The notes beneath the pieces were generated by a model. It saw only the letters and a list, made by a program, of their open reading frames with translations. It was not told where the DNA came from and made no database searches. Below are positions 56,216 through 64,000 of a DNA stretch of 64,000 bases, in pieces. Position numbers and translations under genes: made by a program. Source of the stretch: Halarcobacter sp. (lineage in GTDB: Bacteria; Campylobacterota; Campylobacteria; Campylobacterales; Arcobacteraceae); contig OY781089.1 of the NCBI GenBank assembly GCA_963676565.1, forward strand, positions 640,001-704,000, read 5' to 3'. Position 1 is the stretch's first letter. The number at the start of each line of letters is the position of its first letter.

Positions 56216-57664
56216 TTACCCTAATTCAGCTTCTAACTCTTTTTCTTGGAAAAAATATTTTTTTGCAGCTTCAAAAACAGATTTTTCAATTGGTTGAAGT
56301 GCATATGAATCATCTGAAATTAAATTAATAGTTGCTAATTCATCTTGTGGACAACCACCTATTTTTTCTGTTAAAAGAATATCAATATCTTTTAAAGTAT
56401 TTTTAATTTCTTCAATTGGATAAGAACCATCACAATCTTCAGGACCTTTACAGTAAGCATTTTCTACTTTTCTGTGCATTACAAATTTAAGTGCTTTATC
56501 TCCAACTTCATAGATTAAGAACTCTGTTGCATTACCAAAGTGTAAATTAATTGTTCCCTCTCCAGCTGTTGTAACAGCTACAAGTTTAGTTTCACCTGTA
56601 CTACTTAATTCCTCTTTTGTAGCTTGTTCGATTTTAATTCTATCGTTTGCAGCATCAAGTGCAGCTCTCCAGTTTTCAATAACTTCGTGTTTCTTTTTTC
56701 TACCTTCAATATCATATTGCTCTTCTAAAGCTTCCCAAGTCATATCTTGGAATACATCAGGAGTAAACTCTTCCCCTCTATCTTCACCAATTAAACCAAC
56801 AGCATCTGCACGACATTGTCTACAGTGGCTCATTAGTTTCATATCCATACCACATGCTTCTTGTGCTGCCATAACCTCTTGGTCTGTAGCACTTCTTTGT
56901 CCATTTAATCCATAATATGTTCCATATTCTTCTTTTGATAAAAGTGGCATGATATTGTGTAAGAAAACACCTAATTCTTTTAGCTTTTTAGCTACATTTG
57001 GTAATTCTTGGTCATTTACACCAGGGATTAAAACAGAATTTGCTTTTACTAAAATCCCATTTTCAACTAACATCTTAATACCTTTAAGTTGTTGCTCTAA
57101 TAAAATTTTTGCACCCTCGGCTCCAAATACTTTTTTATGATTCCAGTGAATCCATGGATAGATTTTTGCACCAATTTCACCTGTTTCATCAACAGAGTTT
57201 ATTGTTACAGTTACATGGTCAACATTGTATTTAATCATCTCATCTACATAATCAGGAAGTTTAAGTCCATTTGTTGATAAACATAGTTTTTGATCAGGTG
57301 CTTTCTCGTGTAACATTTTAAATGTATCAAATGTTTTTTTAGGGTTTGCAAGGGCATCACCAGGCCCAGCAATACCAACAACTGAAAGTTGTTGAATATC
57401 TCCACCAACATATAATACTTTTTTAACAGCATCTTCAGGGCTTAATTTATTTGAAGTAACACCTGGTCTAGATTCGTTTGAACAGTCAAACTTTCTATTA
57501 CAATAGTTACATTGAATATTACAAGCAGGGGCAACTGCTACGTGGATTCTTGCATAGTGTTGGTGGGCACCTTCACTATAACATGGGTGATTGTTAATCT
57601 TATCCATTACCTCTTGTTCTAAACTTTCTTGCGTGCTACTTGATGTACATGAACAACTCATCAT
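56216..57664 (-). CDS. nifB: FeMo-cofactor biosynthesis radical-SAM protein NifB with C-terminal NifX-like domain
   Basis: HPCY, CNIQCNYC, ESRPG, AGPGDAL, CRQCRADA and HFGNATEF motifs. Confidence 0.97.
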   Translation of the reverse strand: MMSCSCTSSSTQESLEQEVMDKINNHPCYSEGAHQHYARIHVAVAPACNIQCNYCNRKFDCSNESRPGVTSNKLSPEDAVKKVLYVGGDIQQLSVVGIAGPGDALANPKKTFDTFKMLHEKAPDQKLCLSTNGLKLPDYVDEMIKYNVDHVTVTINSVDETGEIGAKIYPWIHWNHKKVFGAEGAKILLEQQLKGIKMLVENGILVKANSVLIPGVNDQELPNVAKKLKELGVFLHNIMPLLSKEEYGTYYGLNGQRSATDQEVMAAQEACGMDMKLMSHCRQCRADAVGLIGEDRGEEFTPDVFQDMTWEALEEQYDIEGRKKKHEVIENWRAALDAANDRIKIEQATKEELSSTGETKLVAVTTAGEGTINLHFGNATEFLIYEVGDKALKFVMHRKVENAYCKGPEDCDGSYPIEEIKNTLKDIDILLTEKIGGCPQDELATINLISDDSYALQPIEKSVFEAAKKYFFQEKELEAELG

Positions 57665-57700
57665 CTCTCCTTTTCGCGTTTTTATATTGAAAATGAATAA

Positions 57701-57715
57701 TGCACATAGTGTTCC
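57701..57715 (-). promoter_or_regulatory. Sigma54-type promoter of nifB
   Basis: GGAACACTATGTGCA (GG-N10-GC) on the minus strand. Confidence 0.78.
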
Positions 57716-57737
57716 ATTGAAAAAAAATTAAAATTTA

Positions 57738-57752
57738 GGAATAAAAATTGCA
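57738..57752 (+). promoter_or_regulatory. Sigma54-type promoter of the 61-aa gene, divergent from nifB
   Basis: GGAATAAAAATTGCA (GG-N10-GC). Confidence 0.7.
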
Positions 57753-57782
57753 TATAAGTAGATAATTTTAAAAGGAATCTCT

Positions 57783-57968
57783 ATGACTATTCAAGAACAA
57801 ATAAAAGAACAATTGATAAAAGAAGTGTTTTCAAATATAGACAATATATACGAATTTATGGATACTAGGTACAATCTAGACAAACCTTGCAACGATGCGG
57901 TTGTAAAAAAACTTAATGAACTAAAAGATGTTATATATAAAGTTTCAGGACTTAGTGAATTAAATTAA
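57783..57968 (+). CDS. Small helical hypothetical protein (61 aa)
   Basis: AAAGGA RBS and its own sigma54-type promoter. Confidence 0.7.
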   Translation: MTIQEQIKEQLIKEVFSNIDNIYEFMDTRYNLDKPCNDAVVKKLNELKDVIYKVSGLSELN

Positions 57969-57976
57969 CTCCTTTT

Positions 57977-57992
57977 ATTGACTTATGTCAAT
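57977..57992. promoter_or_regulatory. Crp/Fnr (Nss-type) box TTGAC-N4-GTCAA
   Basis: ATTGACTTATGTCAAT, centred about 64 nt upstream of 58049. Confidence 0.65.
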
Positions 57993-58048
57993 GATAAACA
58001 TTATCAAAATAGCTATATTTACTTTATAATTTTTTATAAGGTAAATAA

Positions 58049-58642
58049 ATGAAATATCCAAAGTTTTTCGATGAAATTGAAACAATAAAATTAAAAGATG
58101 ACTTATCAGCAGTTCTTGGTTCATTAGAGGATGGAGTTGTAGAGTTTTCATATTTAGATATTGTAAAAAGTGCAGGGCACTCTTGCCCAACAGTAGCTGG
58201 AGCATATCTAATGACTCAAATTGCACTAAAGAATTTATACAAAAATGAAACTCCAAAAAGGGGAGAGATTTTTGTAAGTTTTAAAGAGGATTTACTAGAG
58301 GGTACTGCAGGAGTTGTTGCAAATGTTGTTTCTCAAATTACTGGGGCAACGGAGTTTTTAGGATTTAAAGGCTTAAATGGTAAGTTCACTAGATATGGTT
58401 TGATGCAATTTAATGATAAAATCACAACTAGTGCAAAGTTTACAAGAATAGATACAAAAGAATCATTGGAATTAATCTACAATCCAAGTATAATACCACC
58501 AGATGAAAAAATACCACAATTAATGGAAAAACTAATACAAGATAAAGCTTCTCTTGAAGAGAAAAAAGAGTTTGCGAAACTTTGGCAAGAACGAGTTGAA
58601 AAAATATTTAGCAATAAAAATAGGGTGATAAAAATATTATGA
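58049..58642 (+). CDS. FmdE-like domain protein
   Basis: GHSCPTVAGAY motif and V.SQITGA segment. Confidence 0.7.
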   Translation: MKYPKFFDEIETIKLKDDLSAVLGSLEDGVVEFSYLDIVKSAGHSCPTVAGAYLMTQIALKNLYKNETPKRGEIFVSFKEDLLEGTAGVVANVVSQITGATEFLGFKGLNGKFTRYGLMQFNDKITTSAKFTRIDTKESLELIYNPSIIPPDEKIPQLMEKLIQDKASLEEKKEFAKLWQERVEKIFSNKNRVIKIL

Positions 58643-58977
58643 CAGAAGAAAAATTTCAAAGTGAAATTGATACTCTAAATAGATTTTTTACAAAATATTG
58701 TAAAGATAAACATGAAAATCAAAAAAGTAAGCTTTATAAATTTGAGTATAAAAATCTTTCCTTTGAAACTTCTATTTCCCTTTGCGAGGAGTGTAATTCT
58801 CTAATCTCTTACTCTTTTGATAGATTAAAAGAATGTCCCCATGAAATAAAACCTAGATGTAGAAACTGTGAAAAACCATGTTATGAAAAAACTCAATGGA
58901 AAAGCTTGTCTAAAGTTATGAGATATAGTGCAATTAGATTAAATTTAGCAAAAAGAATAAAAAAAATATTTTCTTGA
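58639..58977 (+). CDS. YgbA-like (nitrous-oxide-stimulated promoter family) Cys-rich protein
   Basis: YC...H...CEEC..L..Y...RL..CP...KP.C..C..PCY......VMRYS pattern. Confidence 0.85.
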   Translation: MTEEKFQSEIDTLNRFFTKYCKDKHENQKSKLYKFEYKNLSFETSISLCEECNSLISYSFDRLKECPHEIKPRCRNCEKPCYEKTQWKSLSKVMRYSAIRLNLAKRIKKIFS

Positions 58978-58987
58978 CCTTAGTCTA
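58974..58987. promoter_or_regulatory. Degenerate Crp/Fnr box TTGAC-N4-GTCTA upstream of cytochrome c553
   Basis: One mismatch from the 57977 box consensus; centred about 61 nt upstream of the ATG. Confidence 0.45.
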
Positions 58988-59041
58988 TTTTTTTTCCACA
59001 ATTTTTTATTACAATTTTTAAACAATAAAAAAGGAGAAGAA

Positions 59042-59317
59042 ATGAAGAAAGTTTTACTTTTAAGTTCAGTGTTAGCATGTGTTGCTTTTGCAAATCCATA
59101 TGCAAAGTGTGTTGCATGTCATGGAGCAAATGGTGAGAAGGTTGCCTTAGGAAAGTCAAAAATCATTAAAGATATGACTAAACAAGAGATTGTAGATTCA
59201 TTAAAAGGTTACAAAGATGGATCTTACGGAGGACCTATGAAAGCTCTTATGAAAGGTCAAGTTGTTTCTTTATCAGATGCTGATATCCAAGCTATTGCAG
59301 ATAAAATTGGTAAATAA
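59042..59317 (+). CDS. Cytochrome c553
   Basis: Signal peptide, CVACHG and YGGPMKALMKGQ. Confidence 0.92.
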   Translation: MKKVLLLSSVLACVAFANPYAKCVACHGANGEKVALGKSKIIKDMTKQEIVDSLKGYKDGSYGGPMKALMKGQVVSLSDADIQAIADKIGK

Positions 59318-59340
59318 ATAATTTAACAATAAAATCAATA

Positions 59341-59397
59341 GGTGATGAGTATAAGTATTAGTTTTAGTCAAAGGTACTGTAATTTATACTCATCACC
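59341..59397. repeat. 14-bp perfect inverted repeat with 29-nt spacer between convergent genes
   Basis: GGTGATGAGTATAA ... TTATACTCATCACC. Confidence 0.7.
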
Positions 59398-59399
59398 AA

Positions 59400-60641
59400 T
59401 TAATTCATAGTAATTTCTATCATCTTACCATTTAAAATTTCACCGAATTCTACCCCATAATTATAGCATTGGTTTAGCTCCTCTTTTGTAGGGATTAATT
59501 TTATTTTCATAGACTCCATTGGAGGCACTCTAAAACTTAATGATTTTAGTCTATGGTTAATCATATCAACAGCTTCACCACTCCACCCATATGAACCAAA
59601 GGCACCACCAGTTTTCCCCCGTTTTTCTAGATACATCATACAAGAGAGTAAATCCCAAACTGGTTTAGGAGCATCGGAGTTAATTGTTGGCGATCCTATT
59701 AAAATTCCATCACTTTCTTCTAATATATTTATCATGTTTGACTCTTCAAGTGAGGTCAAATCATACACATTTGCTATAATCCCCTCAACACTTTCTGCTC
59801 CATCGAAAATTGCTTCAGCCATATCTCTAGTATTTTTATAGCTTGTGATATAAAAAATTGATAAAATCTTATTTCCATGACTTATCTCTTTATAATCTTT
59901 TTGACTCCAACTTCTATAATACTCCATATATTTATAGGGTTTTTGTCTTAATATTGGTCCATGAAGTGGTGCAATCATTTCTATACTTAACTTATCATAC
60001 AACTTCAAAGCATTTAAAACATAAGATTTAAAGGGTCTCATAATATGATCATAATAATATTTAAAAGCATAAAAGAAATCACTAACTTGGTCATCAAACA
60101 ATCTTTTATCATGGTAATGGCTTCCAAAAACATCCCCTGAAAACAATAAACAATCCTCTTCTACAAAAGAACTCATTGTTTCAGGCCAATGTAAATAAGG
60201 AGTTGTTAAAAACCTAATTGTTTTATTTCCAAGTTTTAAACTTTTGTTTGTCCAAACAGTTTCAAAATCGATATTTTCCCTATGGGTAATTGCTTTTAAC
60301 ATTGATGTTGCTTGCGGTGAAATTAAAACTTTCACATCATCATTTACTCTATTCATTAGTTCTGGTATTGCTCCAGCATGATCTGGTTCCATATGGTGTA
60401 AAATCACATATTTTATCTCATCATATGAACACAAGCTTTCTATTTTTTTAAAAAATTCTGCTTGAAACTCTACTTTTACGGTGTCAACTATTATTACACC
60501 TTCATCAGTTTTTATCAAATAAGCATTATATGATGAACCATTTGCAGTTTTCATTATAATATCAAAGGTTCTAATATCAGGGTCAAAGGCACCAATAAAA
60601 TATATATCGGGTGCAATTTCTATTGGCTTATTTGTATCCAT
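59400..60641 (-). CDS. fprA: Class A flavodiiron protein (O2/NO reductase)
   Basis: SYNAYL, HMEPDH, HWPE, SGDVFG and PLHG diiron ligands; flavodoxin domain with GSPT and FGSYGWSGEA. Confidence 0.92.
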   Translation of the reverse strand: MDTNKPIEIAPDIYFIGAFDPDIRTFDIIMKTANGSSYNAYLIKTDEGVIIVDTVKVEFQAEFFKKIESLCSYDEIKYVILHHMEPDHAGAIPELMNRVNDDVKVLISPQATSMLKAITHRENIDFETVWTNKSLKLGNKTIRFLTTPYLHWPETMSSFVEEDCLLFSGDVFGSHYHDKRLFDDQVSDFFYAFKYYYDHIMRPFKSYVLNALKLYDKLSIEMIAPLHGPILRQKPYKYMEYYRSWSQKDYKEISHGNKILSIFYITSYKNTRDMAEAIFDGAESVEGIIANVYDLTSLEESNMINILEESDGILIGSPTINSDAPKPVWDLLSCMMYLEKRGKTGGAFGSYGWSGEAVDMINHRLKSLSFRVPPMESMKIKLIPTKEELNQCYNYGVEFGEILNGKMIEITMN

Positions 60642-60657
60642 AATCTATCCATTTTTT

Positions 60658-61017
60658 TTATTTTGCTATTAATCTTCTCATCCAAATTGGTGGATTTTCT
60701 TGCATCTTAATTAAAGAGTTTAAAACATCTTCAATCTTTTCATTTTCACGGCTTGCTTGCATAGGAAAAATTTGACATTTCTTTACCATCATTGCAGCTT
60801 TTGGTCCTATTTGTTGAACATATAATATATCACTATCTTCTAGACACTCGATTTTATATGTAAGTTTTTCAATCTCATCATCAATCTCAAGTGAAGAATC
60901 AATAGATTTAACAAAAGTATATTCATCACCATGAATCTCATAAATATAAAACTCTTTACACCAACCAAAATGTTGATTAACGTGAATATTATCTTTTGAA
61001 GCAAATGCAATTCTCAT
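60658..61017 (-). CDS. nifX: NifX-family FeMo-cofactor carrier protein
   Basis: IAFASKD..HVNQHFG, IG..AA and PPIWMRR motifs. Confidence 0.8.
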   Translation of the reverse strand: MRIAFASKDNIHVNQHFGWCKEFYIYEIHGDEYTFVKSIDSSLEIDDEIEKLTYKIECLEDSDILYVQQIGPKAAMMVKKCQIFPMQASRENEKIEDVLNSLIKMQENPPIWMRRLIAK

Positions 61018-61985
61018 AATATAAATATCCTAACTCTTTCATCAATGATTTTTTGCATAGTGTCTGCAATCATTGTATATGTTCCAGTACTTGCAATAGA
61101 ACATCCAACACATGCACCTTGATAAGCTAATCTAATCTCAACTTCTGGCTCGCTTATATAATCAATTAAAACAATATTTCCACCATCTTTTAGAAGTATT
61201 GGTCTAACAAATCTATCTAAGGCATCGTTTATAATTTCTAATTGTTTTTCTTTTGTTTGCGCTCTAAAATCTGTATTTAATTCGCAGGCATCATTTAAAG
61301 GTTTGTCCATCCCTGTTAATTGTACATTTGCCATAGCATGACCATTTTGTGCAGCCTTTAACATACAATCAAATCCCTCTTTAACTAAATCAAGTTTTGT
61401 TCTATCTTGTAGTAAAATTAAGGCTAATCTAAAACAAGCTTGCGTATGGTTTTTAGCTACGGCCCTTCTAAAGTAGTCAATAGCTTTATTTAAATCTTCT
61501 TCTACCCCAATTTTTGTTTGATACATTAAAGCTAAGTTGAAATTTGCTGAGTCATTATCGTATTTACTCGCTTCTTCAAACCACTCTTTTGCTTTTGTAT
61601 AATCTTTTTGAACACCTTCACCTTTTAGATACATTAATCCAAGGTTTGCCATTGCTCTATCACTTTTTGTTTTTGCTTCCTCTTTCCAAATAGAAAGTGC
61701 TGTATCAAAATCTTTACTTTTGTATGCAGCTAATGCTTCTTTGTGTCTCATAAAATTTCTTCCTTCCCCTGGATTTGGAAGTTCTTTCCCCATCTCCAGT
61801 TGTTTATATATATGTTCTATTAAAAACTTATGGGCAAGTTCAACTGCTTCTTCGTAATCTTCACTTGCTGCTTTAATATCAAAATCTAAAAATTCAACTA
61901 AAAATGCATCACCAAGTTCATTTTCCCCACTATAACACTCAAAGGGATAATCTAAAGATGCATAATATTTTAAATCTTTTTCCAA
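61014..61985 (-). CDS. Fusion protein: HicB-like N-domain, Sel1 repeats, NifU/Nfu C-terminal Fe-S domain
   Basis: Y..L.YP...FLVEFLD...EEA...A...L......G.ELP.P; NLGLMY..GEGV.KD...A.EWF repeats; VRP.L..DGG...YQGACVGC. Confidence 0.8.
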   Translation of the reverse strand: MEKDLKYYASLDYPFECYSGENELGDAFLVEFLDFDIKAASEDYEEAVELAHKFLIEHIYKQLEMGKELPNPGEGRNFMRHKEALAAYKSKDFDTALSIWKEEAKTKSDRAMANLGLMYLKGEGVQKDYTKAKEWFEEASKYDNDSANFNLALMYQTKIGVEEDLNKAIDYFRRAVAKNHTQACFRLALILLQDRTKLDLVKEGFDCMLKAAQNGHAMANVQLTGMDKPLNDACELNTDFRAQTKEKQLEIINDALDRFVRPILLKDGGNIVLIDYISEPEVEIRLAYQGACVGCSIASTGTYTMIADTMQKIIDERVRIFIL

Positions 61986-61993
61986 AATAGTTC

Positions 61994-62374
61994 CTAAAAT
62001 TCTAATGGTTTATGTTCTAGTCTATCTTCCATACTAATAAGCTCTCTAAAAGGCCTTGGTTGATTCTCAGGAGAGAATATACCTTTTTTCTTATGAACTC
62101 TGATTTTATAAGTTCCTTCCTCATGGCCACTTAAATAGTAGTCATTAAACTCTTGAGTATAAGGCATATCCCAAGCTATAGCTCCTGGTGTAGGACAAAC
62201 GTCAAAACATTTTGGTACAGAACAATCTACACACTCTATACACTTTTCAGGTTTTACATATACATATTCTGCATCTTCAATGGGTGAATCATCTGCACTT
62301 ACAATCGCCGTTGCAGGGCATTCATCAACACATGAATCACAACTGATACATTCATCTGTAATAACTACTGCCAT
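61994..62374 (-). CDS. 2x[4Fe-4S] ferredoxin (FdxN-like) with C-terminal extension
   Basis: CISCDSCVDECP and CIECVDC...CFDVCP. Confidence 0.9.
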   Translation of the reverse strand: MAVVITDECISCDSCVDECPATAIVSADDSPIEDAEYVYVKPEKCIECVDCSVPKCFDVCPTPGAIAWDMPYTQEFNDYYLSGHEEGTYKIRVHKKKGIFSPENQPRPFRELISMEDRLEHKPLEF

Positions 62375-62377
62375 ATT

Positions 62378-62761
62378 TTACTCCTTAGAACCGCATGTGC
62401 AACTTGCACTACCTGAATCAAGTAGTGTTTTTGCATTATCCTTAGTTACAGCAATTGTTTCTTCATTTAAAAAGTTTTGGTAAATCTCATCAATTGAAAG
62501 AAAGTTCTTTTTTGAAGTGAATACTTTTACTTGCTCTTTATAAAGAGTATTAAATACACCTTCTCCCATATGATAAAAAATAGTGCTTGTAGCACCACTT
62601 TTTTTTACAAACATTGCTGTATCAGAACCGCTTCCACAACCATCATTTTTTTCAACTGTCATCTCTCCAGTTAAAGTATTTAAAAATGCAAAAAATGGTG
62701 CATTCCCATATAAATCTGAAATAGTTGTAGAACTACTTTTACTAAGTGGTATTGCTAACAT
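62378..62761 (-). CDS. NifB/NifX-family (FeMo-co/Fe-S binding fold) protein
   Basis: AIP...IS..YG.APFF, GCGSG and MGEG pattern; nif context. Confidence 0.75.
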   Translation of the reverse strand: MLAIPLSKSSSTTISDLYGNAPFFAFLNTLTGEMTVEKNDGCGSGSDTAMFVKKSGATSTIFYHMGEGVFNTLYKEQVKVFTSKKNFLSIDEIYQNFLNEETIAVTKDNAKTLLDSGSASCTCGSKE

Positions 62762-62796
62762 TTTCTTCTCCTAAGCAATTATCTTATGAAGTTATA

Positions 62797-62811
62797 TGCA
62801 AAAACTGTTCC
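62797..62811 (-). promoter_or_regulatory. Sigma54-type promoter of the ferredoxin-to-fprA operon
   Basis: GGAACAGTTTTTGCA (GG-N10-GC) on the minus strand, 35 nt before the ATG. Confidence 0.8.
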
Positions 62812-62835
62812 GTAATTTATAAAAAACATTTAAAG

Positions 62836-62850
62836 GGAATAGAACTTGCA
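62836..62850 (+). promoter_or_regulatory. Sigma54-type promoter of nifE
   Basis: GGAATAGAACTTGCA (GG-N10-GC). Confidence 0.78.
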
Positions 62851-62905
62851 TAGGTTAAGGAATAAAAAGCTAGCTGAAGGAGTAACCTTCTGTAAGGAGT
62901 AGACA

Positions 62906-64000
62906 ATGGTAAATAAAAAACTAATTAGAGAACTATTAAGTGAAACTGCATGTTCACACAATAAGACTAAAAAATCTTCATGTGATAAACCAAAACCAGG
63001 GGCAACTTCTGGTGGTTGCGCCTTTGAAGGTGCTCAAATTGCATTATTTCCATATGCTGATGTTGTTCATCTTGTTCACTCCCCTTCAACTTGTATTGGT
63101 GCATCTTGGGAAACGAGACAAACTTTAACTTCCCACAAAGGGGAAAATAATACTGTAACAGGATATACAACAGATGTTAGTACAAATGATGTAATTTTTG
63201 GGGGAGATAAAAAATTAGAAGACTCAATTAATTATATAGTAGAACATAAAAATCCTAAGGGAATTTTTGTATATGAAACCTGCGTTACTGCAATGATAGG
63301 TGATGATATCGATAATGTTTGCAATAGAATGGAAACAAAACATGGCATACCTATTGTAGTTATTCACTCTCCTGGATTTGTAGGAGGTAAAAACTTAGGT
63401 TCAAGGCTTGGAGGTGAGTCTGTGCTTCATCAACTAATAGGAACAAAAGAACCTGAAGAGATACACCCATTTGGTATAAATTTAATAGGTGAATATAATG
63501 TAACAGGAGATATGTGGCAATATACTCCAATTTTGGAAAAAATAGGTATCAAAATTGTTTCAACTTTAGCTGGAGATGGAAGAATTGAAAATATACAGAT
63601 GGCACATACTGCAAAATTGAATGTAATTGTTTGTGCTAAATCATTAATTAGTTTAACAAGAAAAATGCAAGAAAAATATGAAATCCCATATATATCTATT
63701 TCTTTTTACGGGAAAAGGGATACTACAAATGCTATTAGAAGTATTGTAAATGCCTTTGGAGATGAAGAATTAACTGCAAGGGCAGAGAAAGTAATCGCTG
63801 AAGAAGAAGCAAAATTAGAAGAAGCCTTAATCCCATATAGAAAAATACTTGAAGGGAAAAAAGCTATTTTAAATACAGGTGGAAATAAAACTTGGTCTAT
63901 AGCTTCAGCCTTACAAGATATTGGTATTGATGTTGTTGCAACAAGTGTAAAAAAAGCAACCTTAGAAGATAAAGAGATTTGTGCAAAATATGTTGATATT
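62906..64000 (+). CDS. nifE: Nitrogenase FeMo-cofactor scaffold NifE (partial, runs off the window; absent from the ORF track)
   Basis: Hand translation MVNKKLIRELLSETACSHN...PGATSGGCAFEGAQIAL...HLVHSPSTC...TCVTAMIGDD...PGFVGGKNLG...IGEYNVTGD...TGGNKTWS; AAGGAG RBS. Confidence 0.92.
   Translation, partial: MVNKKLIRELLSETACSHNKTKKSSCDKPKPGATSGGCAFEGAQIALFPYADVVHLVHSPSTCIGASWETRQTLTSHKGENNTVTGYTTDVSTNDVIFGGDKKLEDSINYIVEHKNPKGIFVYETCVTAMIGDDIDNVCNRMETKHGIPIVVIHSPGFVGGKNLGSRLGGESVLHQLIGTKEPEEIHPFGINLIGEYNVTGDMWQYTPILEKIGIKIVSTLAGDGRIENIQMAHTAKLNVIVCAKSLISLTRKMQEKYEIPYISISFYGKRDTTNAIRSIVNAFGDEELTARAEKVIAEEEAKLEEALIPYRKILEGKKAILNTGGNKTWSIASALQDIGIDVVATSVKKATLEDKEICAKYVDI

Noticed and set aside
62891..62905. 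TGT...ACA near the nifE start as a NifA upstream activator site
   Set aside because: Spacing is N9 rather than N10, it overlaps the RBS and lies downstream of the promoter
62940..63170. Short ORFs 62940-63128 (+) and 62967-63170 (-)
   Set aside because: Both lie inside the nifE frame starting at 62906
1..64000. tRNA, rRNA, CRISPR arrays, transposases and prophage genes
   Set aside because: None recognised by eye; tRNAscan or Infernal would be needed to exclude small RNAs fully

Overview
This is AT-rich chromosomal DNA from a diazotrophic Campylobacterota bacterium, most likely Arcobacteraceae (inferred from gene content and protein style, not from a database search). In order, the window holds: a DEAD-box helicase and accC/accB; a lactate-utilisation block (AraC regulator, lutABC, two-component pair, TRAP transporter, FAD/Fe-S D-lactate dehydrogenase); housekeeping genes (SurA-like, gatB, gpsA, trxA, proA, ccoG, ogt, PMM/PGM); a stretch of exporters and small regulators with visible operators; nrdAB and purB; and, from about 52 kb to the end, the accessory half of a nitrogen-fixation cluster (nifQ, nifV, nifB, NifX-family genes, ferredoxin, flavodiiron protein, and nifE running off the edge). 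The most notable observations are: (1) nif accessory operons preceded by five GG-N10-GC sigma54-type promoters and carrying unexpected genes, namely a HicB-like/Sel1/NifU-C fusion, a 12-13-repeat LRR protein, a GNAT-like protein and an inserted module with Crp/Fnr-type boxes; (2) a 149-bp TA-flanked palindromic element with an ERIC-like core at the nrdB stop codon, next to a putative abortive-infection gene; (3) a three-hairpin leader with an anti-Shine-Dalgarno repeat upstream of a LysE exporter; (4) two small ORFs absent from the ORF track and a probable ATA-initiated S24 peptidase gene. No tRNA, rRNA, CRISPR array or transposase was seen. All family assignments come from motif recognition by eye.
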